DNA of 64,000 nt from the human T2T-CHM13v2.0 reference genome, Homo sapiens (GCF_009914755.1 NC_060945.1), one strand, 5' to 3'. Positions 1 through 11,720 are shown, counted from the first letter of the stretch. Notes: generated from the sequence alone by a model not told the origin. Numbers and translations: made by a program.

Positions 1-95
1 GGCGGAGGTTGCAGTGAGTGAGATCACACCACTGCACTCCAGCCTGGGTTTCAGAGTGAGATTCTGTTTCAGGAAAAAAAAAAAAGAAAAAAAAA
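1..95 (+). mobile_element. Alu 3' end (right arm + A tail), cut by window edge
   Basis: GGCGGAGGTTGCAGTGAG...CCACTGCACTCCAGCCTGGG...A-rich tail. Confidence 0.95.
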
Positions 96-158
96 CACTT
101 TTAATTAAAAGGAAACCCCCAAAATACACAGTTGATAATTTATTTTCCTATTTTTTTC

Positions 159-160
<2 letters not shown>

Positions 161-190
<30 letters not shown>
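161..190. repeat. (CA)15 microsatellite
   Basis: Direct reading. Confidence 0.98.
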
Positions 191-194
<4 letters not shown>

Positions 195-3100
195 TCACAA
201 GACAAATTTAGGCTCAGAAATAACCTTAAGTAATAAGCTGTATTAAGCCACAATGCCATTTATTAAAAATAAAATAAACCTTCTTATAATATTTGCAAAA
301 CACAACCCATGACATTCGATAATCTTGAGTGTTGTCATCAGAACCAAGAACACTGTATAACTGCCTATGTCCTTCCACATTGGAAATAAAGACAACTATG
401 ACAACTATATTGCATTGTACACAACAACTACACAACATTGTAAGCAACAATAAACATTGTGTCAGTTTACAACAACTTGTTTAACTTGTATTCTCTGTCA
501 AAGTGAACAAAACTCATTTTCTTTCACATTTTCCCAGCAGGAATCTTTATTTAACCTGAACTGCTTCTAAGTGTGACTGAGACTCTGGTGAGCTGGTCCC
601 AGATGAGATGGGATCAAGCATCCCCAAGGAGTCCTCCCTGTCCAAGAACAACTACCGAAGGGTAATCCATTTACTCTTCCCCAATTTTCTCTCTCTACTA
701 CTACTCTCCTCTACCCAGAAAGGAGAAATGTAGAACAAAGCTAAGGGCTACTCGCTTTGCAGCTCCTTCCCTGACCTTTGTGTTCCAGGAAGAGTTATAT
801 TTGGATGGGATGGGGGCACCTGATATAGGGCAAACAACGGACAAGGCTTCCGCTTCTCCTAGAGACAGTGTAAATATCAACACCTACTGGGTAATTTAAA
901 CTTTCCAAAGAATATTGACCTTCTTAGAAGTAAGTAGCACTTTAAAAAGTGAACTTCATTATTCCATTAGAGGTCTAAGCTCTAGCCAGTTAAGCAGCAC
1001 ATTTTAGCAGCTGTTTACACTCTGCTGGCCTTCTGCAAGAGGACGGTTTCATGCAGGACAACAGGGGGCTTCACAGCAGTACACCCCATCTTTGTTCTTA
1101 CAGAGGAGAGGGATGGTGCTACATCTGAAACACACTCACACATCACTGAGGCTTTGAGTCCCCAGTGTCTGCCATTTCCAAGGTCCAAGCTTCTTGACCC
1201 AAAGCAAGAGTAGATGGCAGGGACAGGGGAATGCGCAGGAGACACTAGGTTTCTACACAAGGAAAAGGAAATCTGAGGCACACACCTCTGCAGAGTGAAA
1301 GGAATCACCAACACACACACACAAGCCCCTTTAGGCAAAGAAAAGAGCGGTTGTTATGGTGGACACAAGTTGCTCCCCAAGCATGTCCTCAATGTGGGAG
1401 GCCGCAGCAGCTGCCTCCCCTTGAGACAGACCCCGGGGCCCGTGCCAGCGGCCACAGTAACTGGCTGGCCCTTGCCAGCTGTCACACTTTGCATGCCGCT
1501 GCTTCAGCCCAGCACAAGGGACCATCCAAGTCACCAGCTCCAACCAGTCCCAAATCCCGTGCCCAGGCTGGAGCTGGATGGCCACCCAGAACCCTCTTCT
1601 GAGGCCCTCTACCAAGGCACTGAAATATGCAGCATATCCAGTTGACAGTATCCTTGGCTGGGGGAGAGATAAGTCTTACAAGGAGGAGATAAGGTGAGAC
1701 TTAGGTCTAAAGAAAACCCTCAGGGACACCCACAGGAAAGAGGGGTGCTTCTAGAGGGGAAAGGCAGCATGTGTGTGTTTCCATCTGTTTGATTCCTGGG
1801 TGCCCCTTCCTGTGGGTGGGAAATGGGGAGCGTACAAGTTAGGCAACAGGCCAAGGCTTTAGATTTTATCTTCCCCATTCACTTCCTCTTTCTGCTGGCA
1901 GGGTAAGACCCTACGGGCCCCACCTAGGCTGTGTGCAGGGGAGGAAGCCGGAGGGGGATGTCACCAGGGCCTGCCCCAATCTGGCACCTCAGCTACAGGA
2001 CAGAGGGTCCTGACAGTGAGGGTGGGCATTGCCGAAGAGGCTGGAGCAGGGTTTATGGTGGCAGGATTCTGGGGACACTCTCTTGGGGAACATGGCTGGA
2101 ACCCACCAACTCATCAATATTGGCACAGTCTAGGCTGGCCCCTCCATCCTTACACCCAATCCCCAACCCGCCCCATCATGGCCCCCTCCTGGGCTTCCTG
2201 GAAGCCTGGTTCTGCTGGAGGGAATTCAGGAAGCCAGTCCTTGGTGGGGCCGCTCTGCCTGTCCTGTCTGAAGGCACAGAGCAATCTACTGCCTTCTGGG
2301 AGCCTCAGTTATATCATGGACATCAAGGGATCAAAAATGCCCAGCTCACAGGGGCCCCATGAGAACCAAACGTGAAAGTGTCTGTAAAAATGACTTGAAA
2401 GCAAGCTGCTTCAACAGAAGGCGAAATGATTAGTGAGGTGTTAAACTTAATTGCTTGAAACATTCAAGACCCTTCCCTTGGTCTCTCTCTCTCCTTCCTG
2501 CTTAGTATGGTTCTGCTTAAGCACTCAGCTCCTTCCTACCAAGGCTTCCCTCTCTCTCCCAAAGTGGGGCCCGCAGCACCACGTCCATGTCAGGCCAGGC
2601 CCCTCTGAGAGGCAGGAGATCTTACCAGGTTCCTTCCCTCTCTATAAAACCTTTAGGAAAATGCTTGGGTTAGAGCATTGCCAGGAGTTTGTGCATTTAA
2701 GGGATGAGCCTCTGAGCTAAGGGAGATTTCAGACCATCTTTAGAGACCTCCAGGACACACAGTAAGTGCCAAGCACTGTGCTAGGCTTCAGGAAGATGGA
2801 GAAATGAGCAGGTGGTCCCTACCGTAAAACAATCATAGCCAAATGCAGAGATGGTATCTACATAACACAATAGGCTATGAAGAAATCCTATCAATGGTTT
2901 GCCAAGAGTCATGAAAGGAGGAAGAGGAGAAATCACCAAGGCTTCCAGAAGAAAGCAAGGTTGGAGCTGAACCTGAGGCATAGGCAGGATGCTACAGGCA
3001 GAGCTGGGGGTCAGAAGCAAAGATCAGAGTGAACCCATGTGGCAAATATTGGTGGAAGAAAACCAGAACAAAGCAGCCCTGAAACCAGCAAGCACAGCCA

Positions 3101-3514
3101 CCAAGATGCCCTCTTCCCCAGGACATTGACAAGTTATAGTAGCATGCACTGGTGCTGGGGGCAGAAAATGTCCATAGACACCAAGTAATGCTATTCTATT
3201 TGGCAAATAAAATGATTCATTCCCACCCTCAACCGATAGGACTATGTGGGTGTTTTGTTTTGTTTCTAATAAGAGGCCAATTTCTGAGTGACTTTTGCTT
3301 AAGCAAATGTCAAGTTGCTGATAGACCATCCCTTTCGGGGAGGATAGAAACCCGACCCAAAGGCTCCTTTGTCCCTAAAGACCTTTCAATCAGAGGGATG
3401 GGGAAGGAGGTTGGGAGCAGCAGGGAGGAAATATCCTAATGCTACTTGTCATTTAGTCCAGAAATTTAGCGACCTGAACCTGGCAGGAAATTATGTATTT
3501 TAAGAAAAAAAAAA

Positions 3515-4020
3515 CATGATACACTCATGTTCATAGCAGCATAATTCGCAACAACCAAAAGCACCCCAAATGTCCATCAACGAATGAATGGATAAACCAA
3601 ATGTGGTATATCCATATACTGGAATATTATTCAGCCTTGAAAAGGAAGAAACTTTGATACATGCTACAACATGGATAAACCTTGACGACAATATGCTAAG
3701 TGAAAGAAGCCAGTCACTAAAAGACAAGTGCTGTATGATTCTACTTATATGAGGGACCTAGAGTAGAACAAATTCATAGAGACAGAACAGAAGAGTGAAT
3801 TCCAGGAACTTGGGTCGGGGGGAGTGGGGAGTTGTTTAATGGGTGGAGCTTCAGGGTTGCAAGTTGAAAAGAGTTCTGGAGATGGGTTGCACAACAATGT
3901 GAATTTAATTTAAATCAATTTAATGTGCACACTAATGCATATAACATTACTGAACAGTACTCTAAACATAAGACGGTAAATTTTATGTTATGAATATGTG
4001 ATCACAGTTAAAAAAAAATA
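3515..4020 (+). mobile_element. L1MB-type LINE-1 3' fragment
   Basis: ATGTTCATAGCAGCA...AAATGTCCATCAA..GAATGGATAAAC...ATGCTAAGTGAAAGAAGCCAGTCAC...; ends in an A-run about 200 bp upstream of the OLIG1 promoter. Confidence 0.85.
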
Positions 4021-4231
4021 TGAGGGAGGTTGTTTTTGAGTAGACAGTTGCTGGAGGAAGGCACGTGAGTTGCAGCCTGACCAGTGCGACCAGTCCTCCT
4101 TCAACAGCCCCGCTTGCCTTGAAAAGGCGCCCTTACTCCGCTCAGGGGGCCTGTCCCGCGCGGCTGGCACAGGCGCTCACAATAACCTCCTAAAGCGGTG
4201 CCAGCCGCACCTCCGCGCGGCCCCGGCACAA

Positions 4232-4325
4232 GCAGCCAATGAACACGCGGCTGCGCCCGGCCTCGCGCCTCCATTGGCTGCGCCCCGCCACCCGCTGCCC
4301 CGCAGGTTCCCAAGCCGGGTTTAAA
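4232..4325 (+). promoter_or_regulatory. OLIG1 proximal promoter: CCAAT (4236-4240), inverted CCAAT (ATTGG 4273-4277), GC box (4283-4289), TATA-like TTTAAA (4320-4325); upstream E-box CACGTG at 4062-4067
   Basis: Motifs read directly, in canonical order about 130-220 bp upstream of the ATG; TSS inferred near 4345-4355. Confidence 0.75.
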
Positions 4326-4456
4326 GGGGTAGGGCGCGGGCCAGGGCCCCACCATCGTTTCCCCGCGCGCAGGTCCGCGGGGAGGGGCGGCCTGCCGACC
4401 GGCCCACCCCAGGGCGTTCCTGAAGGGCGTCCTCGGCCGCCCCCACCGCCTCCCAG

Positions 4457-5272
4457 ATGTACTATGCGGTTTCCCAGGCGCGCGTGAACGCGGTCCCCGG
4501 GACCATGCTGCGGCCACAGCGGCCCGGAGACTTGCAGCTCGGGGCCTCCCTCTACGAGCTGGTGGGCTACAGGCAGCCGCCCTCCTCCTCCTCCTCCTCC
4601 ACCTCCTCCACCTCCTCCACTTCCTCCTCCTCCACGACGGCCCCCCTCCTCCCCAAGGCTGCGCGCGAGAAGCCGGAGGCGCCGGCCGAGCCTCCAGGCC
4701 CCGGGCCCGGGTCAGGCGCGCACCCGGGCGGCAGCGCCCGGCCGGACGCCAAGGAGGAGCAGCAGCAGCAGCTGCGGCGCAAGATCAACAGCCGCGAGCG
4801 GAAGCGCATGCAGGACCTGAACCTGGCCATGGACGCCCTGCGCGAGGTCATCCTGCCCTACTCAGCGGCGCACTGCCAGGGCGCGCCCGGCCGCAAGCTC
4901 TCCAAGATAGCCACGCTGCTGCTCGCCCGCAACTACATCCTACTGCTGGGCAGCTCGCTGCAGGAGCTGCGCCGCGCGCTGGGCGAGGGCGCCGGGCCCG
5001 CCGCGCCGCGCCTGCTGCTGGCCGGGCTGCCCCTGCTCGCCGCCGCGCCCGGCTCCGTGCTGCTGGCGCCCGGCGCCGTAGGACCCCCCGACGCGCTGCG
5101 CCCCGCCAAGTACCTGTCGCTGGCGCTGGACGAGCCGCCGTGCGGCCAGTTCGCTCTCCCCGGCGGCGGCGCAGGCGGCCCCGGCCTCTGCACCTGCGCC
5201 GTGTGCAAGTTCCCGCACCTGGTCCCGGCCAGCCTGGGCCTGGCCGCCGTGCAGGCGCAATTCTCCAAGTGA
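4457..5272 (+). CDS. OLIG1: Oligodendrocyte transcription factor 1, bHLH protein, 271 aa, uninterrupted CDS
   Basis: OLIG-type bHLH ([26 protein letters not shown]...[19 protein letters not shown]), N-terminal Ser/Thr tract, RKLS motif (S149), C-terminal CTCAVC; matches human OLIG1 as I recall it; GC3-rich codons. Confidence 0.99.
   Translation: MYYAVSQARVNAVPGTMLRPQRPGDLQLGASLYELVGYRQPPSSSSSSTSSTSSTSSSSTTAPLLPKAAREKPEAPAEPPGPGPGSGAHPGGSARPDAKEEQQQQLRRKINSRERKRMQDLNLAMDALREVILPYSAAHCQGAPGRKLSKIATLLLARNYILLLGSSLQELRRALGEGAGPAAPRLLLAGLPLLAAAPGSVLLAPGAVGPPDALRPAKYLSLALDEPPCGQFALPGGGAGGPGLCTCAVCKFPHLVPASLGLAAVQAQFSK
4583..4639 (+). repeat. Imperfect (TCC/ACC)n coding repeat for the 19-residue Ser/Thr tract of OLIG1
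   Basis: TCCTCCTCCTCCTCCTCCACCTCCTCCACC...; encodes aa 43-61. Confidence 0.95.
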
Positions 5273-6630
5273 GGGCGGGCCTGGGCCTGGGGCGCGACCT
5301 CGGCCCGGCCTCCCTTCGCTCAGCTTCTCCGCGCCCCTGCTCCCTGCGTCTGGGAGAGCGAGGCCGAGCAAGGAAAGCATTTCGAACCTTCCAGTCCAGA
5401 GGAAGGGACTGTCGGGCACCCCCTTCCCCGCCCCCACCCCTGGGACGTTAAAGTGACCAGAGCGGATGTTCGATGGCGCCTCGGGGCAGTTTGGGGTTCT
5501 GGGTCGGTTCCAGCGGCTTTAGGCAGAAAGTGCTCGCTCTCACCCAGCACATCTCTCTCCTTGTCCCTGGAGTTGCGCGCTTCGCGGGGCCGATGTAGAA
5601 CTTAGGGCGCCTTGCCGTGGTTGGCGCGCCCCGGGTGCAGCGAGAGGCCATCCCCGAGCGCTACCTCCCCGGAGCGGAGCACGCCGGCTCCCAGTACTAG
5701 GGGCTGCGCTCGAGCAGTGGCGGGGGCGGAGGGGTGGTTCTTTTCCTTCTCCTCCGCCAGAGGCCACGGGCGCCCTTGTTCCCGCCGGCCAGGTCCTATC
5801 AAAGGAGGCTGCCGGAACTCAAGAGGCAGAAAAAGACCAGTTAGGCGGTGCAGACGGTCTGGGACGTGGCAGACGGACGGACCCTCGGCGGACAGGTGGT
5901 CGGCGTCGGGGTGCGGTGGGTAGGGGCGAGGACAACGCAGGGTGCGCTGGGTTGGGACGTGGGTCCACTTTTGTAGACCAGCTGTTTGGAGAGCTGTATT
6001 TAAGACTCGCGTATCCAGTGTTTTGTCGCAGAGAGTTTTCGCTCTTAAATCCTGGGGGTTTCTTAGAAAGCAACTTAGAACTCGAGATTCACCTTTCGTT
6101 TCCCTTTCCCCAAAAGTAGCGTAACCAACATTTAAGCTTGCTTAAAAACGAAAACCAACCGCCTTGCATCCAGTGTTCCCGATTTACTAAAATAGGTAAC
6201 CAGGCGTCTCACAGTCGCCGTCCTGTCAAGAGCGCTAATGAACGTTCTCATTAACACGCAGGAGTACCGGGAGCCCTGAACCGCCCGCTGCTCGGCGGAT
6301 CCCAGCTGCGGTGGCGACGGCGGGAAGGCGCTTTCCGCTGTTCCTCAGCGGGCCGGGCCCTTGACCAGCGCGGCCCGCAGGTCTTCCTTCTCGCCGTCTT
6401 GCAGTTGAAGAGCTACATACGTAGTCAGTTTCGATTTGTTACAGACGTTAACAAATTCCTTTACCCAAGGTTATGCTATGACCTTTCCGCAGTTTACTTT
6501 GATTTTCTATGTTTAAGGTTTTGGTTGTTGGTAGTAGCCGAATTTAACTGGCACTTTATTTTACTTCTAACCTTGTTTCCTGACGGTGTACAGAATCAAC
6601 AAAATAAAACATTTAAAGTCTGATTTTTTA
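5273..6630 (+). other. OLIG1: OLIG1 3'UTR (end inferred)
   Basis: Runs from the stop codon to about 20 nt after the first AATAAA. Confidence 0.75.
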
Positions 6631-6660
6631 CATTTTTTGTCTGATTTGTTTGGTAATAAA
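6603..6660 (+). terminator. OLIG1 polyadenylation signals: AATAAA 6603-6608 followed by a U/GU-rich element; second AATAAA 6655-6660
   Basis: AATAAA, then TGATTTTTTACATTTTTTGTCTGATTTGTTTGG, then AATAAA. Confidence 0.8.
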
Positions 6661-9600
6661 AAAGTCCTTGTATCCTAGTGGATTTAGAACCTTGGGGTGA
6701 AGGTAGGTAAATGACCGGGGTCCCAGGTTTTAAAATGTGACTTCCTGATTTGTAAAATAATCCAATGAACAGGCAACTGTAGTTCAAGTTCAGGCATTCG
6801 TGGGAAATATGAGGATTATAGGTAAGTGGGTGGGTGGGATAGAGAATGGGATAGAGAAGGGAGAGAGGCAATTCCAGGAATTCATTCTTTGCCAAGCTTC
6901 AGGCATAGGTCTTTTTTAACTACAACTTCATCCCCTGGAAAATGGGTTAAGCAATACCTTTATCATAAAATTGTAGCTCAACATCCTTCCAGGATATCCA
7001 CCTTTTCTATATCCTTGGACAGAAGCTTAATACCACACAAGCATGAGCTTCCCGCTGCTGCACCCACCTACCCCTTATCATTTAAATCAGGTTGGAATTG
7101 TCTTCACCTAAGAGGTGAAGAAAGCTCTTCTGTCTGTTTGGTGCTCTTAAAAAGAATTTGGAAGGCTGACCTGCTCACATTGCAATAATGAAACACTGCA
7201 TAATTATTAATGAAACCCAACCACTGTTTAATGTAGGGGAGTAGTAGAGAAGTAGTGTCCCCTTTAACCTGAGGAAAATTAAAGAAAACCCAGAGATGAC
7301 TTACTCAATTTTATCCATGTTGGTTTATCTGAGGCATATACACATTTAGAGAAAATGAGCACCACTTTGGAGGTGGGGGAAGGAGGTGGGAGGTGGCTGG
7401 AGAGATGGCATTGCCCGGCTACCATGCTGTGTCTATTTCCTTAAGGAGAAGTCAGGACAGGGCATGGGAGAAGGTGCTCTGTGCACCAACTCATTCCAAA
7501 AGAGGATTTCTCATGCTTCCTAGACTCTGCCACCAGCAAAGTCACCACTTTTATAAAAAGTAGATTTGAACTCTGGCCTTCTGTTTATTCAATGCCTTTC
7601 CTTGCTTACCTTATATCTTGGCAAGGGGTAGGGGAAAAAAGTGAAAATCAATGAAATCAAAAGCAAATTAGGTTCTCCTTGAAACAAAAATACTTCTAAG
7701 GGATTAGAAACAAACAATTTCTCCCACTGTCCAACACCAGCACCTAGATGCCACTGTCATTCCAGACATCATCTCTAAAAGGAGCCCAAAGCTACAGGGC
7801 AGAAAATGGGTCTGCCCTTCTCTACCTGTAAATGGGAACAAGCCGCCCATGCCTTATAGGAAAAGTAACACTATATGTGTATGATTTTTTTTTTATTTAA
7901 CTAAGAAAATCACAGCCTATCATGCTTTTCAGAAGGGCCAAAGGCTATAAATAAATTTAACAAGGACACACGGGGCTGTTTTGGGTGCCATCAAAATACT
8001 TATCTGCCTGCACGTAGCGTGCTTTTGGCCGTTGTGCCAAGCAAGATTAGCAGACTTGCTCTATAGAAGGAGTTTACATCCTAAAAAATAGTACCAGCAA
8101 GCATTGAAGAGTCCTGTAGGATGAAACAGATAAAAGGTAATTATATACAGTGTCCACAATGCAAAGTCAGACTGCTCAACATCTGTCTATGGCAGGGCAG
8201 TGTATTCTGCATGCAGAGTTTAAGCTTAGACATGTGTGTTCTAGAGCATGGAGCTGCTTTTAGAAATGTTCAGTGCTATGTCACGCCAGCAAAGGAGCTA
8301 GCTGAATTGTCCACCATACTTGATTTTAGCTGGAGTGGGCTTTGTTCAGAAGGAACAAGTGTAAGCTAGCCTTTGAAGGGTTTGGGACAGCTGGGAGGGT
8401 CTTAGTAAGGTTCCTCAAGAAAGGCACTCTAAGAGCTCAGAAGCAAGATGAGAAGGAACCCACGGCTCACTGCCAAAAAAGTTCCCTGCATCCAGCCAAC
8501 CACCAAAGTGAGGTCCTGGCAATTAGAGTAAACTGAACCTAATGGGAAAATACACAAGGCCCTGAGAAATTATATTGTTATATATATTGGAGTCCAGGTG
8601 AGCAATCAGTAGACAGAGGGCAGAATCAATACACGATGGGATTTGCCTAGCCCGCAGTGATGGTCTACTTACAGATGTTCTCCTCTAAGGGAAACTGATG
8701 ACACTAGACATAAAAATTTAACTTTGTGAAATATACAGCTTAGAGGGTAAGTGGCTGCTTCGAGGAAGAGGCTCCTCTCCAATCATGGAAAATGTTTCCA
8801 CTTACTGAAGTTTAGAAGATGAACGACAATGCTTCCATCTTGCACTCCACTTTAAGGTGTTTGGTCTTTCCTGAATGCTTAGGTACGCAGGTGAGGCTGG
8901 GTACAAGAGAGCCTCAGCCTGCTAACTAGACCCCCTGGAGCCTCCTGTTGTGTTTAGGAAGCCAGCCAGGAAAAAAAGGGGCTTTTCTTTTCTGCCATAG
9001 AAGGATACCTGATGAACTTGCCAAGAGCAAGGTGATGGTTGGGAAGAGTCATTCAATTGACACTTTTGCTCCCTGGGTATGCAGTGCATTGACTAGGAAA
9101 GTATATTTCCCTCAGAAGGTATTTTCCTGCTTCTTCACTGCCTCTTTTCTCTTCTGCACACACAATAAATATTCAATAAGAAGATTACCACATTCACTGA
9201 AGTAGGCTCACAAAGCAATGGGGTGAAAAATGCCATGTTTTTCAAAAACATGAATTCACTTTTCTCCAGCAGATTTTTAGGTGTGGGGAAAGACGTTAGA
9301 AATACTGTTTCCAAGTAAGATCCAGTTAACGTGCAAAACTGGAGTAGCAAGATATTCCTCAAAACCTGCACACAAACTAGTCTCGTTATTTATGGAGACA
9401 TCGGAAAATCATTCTTAAGGCAGTTCCCATTCTGTCATTTTTAACTAAGCCCAGCGTAAAAGCTGACATGCCTGAAAAGAAACCAAACCACATTCTTTCT
9501 GCTCACACGGGATTAGGAGCTCTCCGCAAACTCTCCCCCTTCCCTCCTGCTGCTGTTGACAGGCCAGGCTCTGAGCTCAGGACAAGGAGCTGAATATTCC

Positions 9601-10859
9601 AAGTCCTTAAACACTACAGGCTGCATGACGCTTTTGTGTGTGTGGGGGGGTGGGGGTGGGGGGGGAATGCCTTGATTGAAAGCAAAAAGAATGCATTCTA
9701 CGTCCATGCTAAGCCTTCTGCGGTGACCACCGAGGACAGAGCACGCAAGTAGGCCACTACCTGGGACAAAGGCCGCAGGTACCAAATCATATCTGAGTCT
9801 CATGAATGCTGGCAGGCAAAGGCAGTTGCAAATCATCCATTCTCTCTTCTCCCTACTGAATAAGGCAACCGAGGCCCAGGATGGTCGGGAACCACAGTCA
9901 AAGCCACACAGGTGGTCAGAGGCAGTAATGCCAGGGACTAGCGCCTGCTTTGGGGAAGCACGGGCTGCTTCCTTGGTCTGTCCTGGTGAGACAAGGAATG
10001 GGAATCCCAACAGGAGGTCCCCACCCAGAGCTGAGCATGTTCTTCTGCCCTCCCCTGGAAAATCTCGGTCCTCTGGTCTCTTCCAGCCTCTCTGCTCAGC
10101 CTGTAGGCTGGCCCTGCTGGTGGCATCCAGGAGAGATAGGCTCAGGACAAATCCCTTGCTGGCTGACCTGACTGCAGTTGAGTCACCTGAACTTTCTCGG
10201 CAGCCTCGCCCCCTAGCCCCAAGAGAGGCCCAGACTGGTGACAGGGAGTGGCAGAGGCAAGGCCACCTCTGTGAGAGATCCTCTGACGGTTGCAGGTTTG
10301 TCATTCGAGTTTCTGAAAGTGAGCAAGCAGACGGCTGACAGACAAGGGCAGCAGGGTGCAAGGAGAAAACGGCTTCTGAAGGCACAGCTTCAGAGACTTT
10401 CTCCTCCTGGCTGCCTCACAGTGTTTTCATGTGGAAACTAGACATTCTGACCCTGCTGGAACCTGTGTCAACGTCGTCGGCATCTTTTTGTTGAGTGTTT
10501 TTCATGGACACGAGTGATTCCCCAACAGGCCCCTCTGCAGTGGTGGCCTGAAATAGAGGACAGACGCCCCTGACAGGCCCTGTACCTGGAGCACCAGTCC
10601 AAGGCAAGCCATGGGGCCCAGGAAACAGGCTCCCAGCACTGGGATTCAATAAGGGCTGTTGTGTCCCAGAAGCTTCTAAGTGATGTGGGTAGCTCCTTAG
10701 AGAATGCCAAAGTCATAGGACCTGGAGACTTCAAAATCACAAGAGCAGATGAGAAGACTTGTCTGTGAGGTTAAAAAGAAAGAAAAAAGAAAAGCCAACT
10801 CACCTGGGGGCAGGCAGGTGGGAAGGAGAAGCTACTCTGCAGAAATGGCAGAGCATTAC

Positions 10860-11055
10860 TACCAGAAATAAAAATAACAATGGTGCTGATAAGAGCTCAT
10901 TGTGTTATCGGGCACCAAGCAGGGTTGTAAGCATTTTACATGCATGCTTTCATTTTGTAGGCACCAGCGTTATCCCCATTTTACAGATGAGAAAACAGAA
11001 ACATGAAGATACAGAGACAGAAGAAGCTGAAGCCAGTTCAGGGAAGTTGTAGCAG
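10860..11055 (-). mobile_element. MIR SINE fragment
   Basis: MIR core TTATCCCCATTTTACAGATGAGAAAAC. Confidence 0.8.
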
Positions 11056-11720
11056 CCAGACACAGAAAGAAATGAGGCTCTGTCTAGAAGAAAGAGAGCC
11101 CCCAAGGGTTGTCCTCTCTGTCATTGCTGTAATGTGGAGAGGGGTCATTTTCCTTCCTCCCCTTAGCTCTTGGGGCAAGGCTGGGAAACCCCACCTGTAC
11201 CCCAGTGCCCGCCCCATGCCTGGCTGTGGCTGCTTCTATTAATTGCATGTCTAACCAATGCATGATCCAGGCGTCAACGTCTCGCCACTCCCTGTCTCCT
11301 CTTTCTTGAGCCTGAGACCATGGGGTCATTCTTTTAGGTCATTTCACTTTTAGCTTTCTTTTTTTTTCAGTTTCACTTTTTCATTTTTATCTGATTTTTA
11401 TTTCCAAAATGTTCAGACCTGGCGGAGACTGATCTAAGAATGTGAGTAGTGAGATGTCAGGGATTGCGGATGGGGCAGAAGGGAGGCTTCACGCAGCCCG
11501 CACCCTTCAACACATACATGCTCCTCGTCCTGGTCACCACTGAGTGTTACAGGCAAGAAAATAAAAACCCTAAACTCCTCAGACAGTGATCATTAGGTGT
11601 CATTCTGTTCAAATCTTAAAAAATAGTTTGAGCAGATGAAGAATCAGTAAAGAAAGCTTGGAGGTGATTTGATAACATTTTATCTACCCAGAGGACCAAT
11701 CAAAGAGAGTATTTGTATTG

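Larger units (their letters stand above)
4140..6420. promoter_or_regulatory. CpG island covering OLIG1 promoter, CDS and most of the 3'UTR
   Basis: Very high GC and undepleted CpG against the CpG-poor flanks; boundaries estimated by eye. Confidence 0.93.

Noticed and set aside
4101-5923. Multiple antisense and alternate-frame ORFs over OLIG1
   Set aside because: Expected shadow ORFs from stop-codon scarcity in a CpG island.
6184-6200. QKI response element in the OLIG1 3'UTR
   Set aside because: Core reads ACTAAA rather than ACTAAY, so it is not a consensus match.
9513-10385. 290-aa minus-strand ORF (and the overlapping 178-aa plus-strand ORF)
   Set aside because: The 290-aa ORF has a non-ATG start and runs through a G-tract (poly-Pro); neither has a recognisable domain; consistent with chance ORFs in GC-rich DNA.
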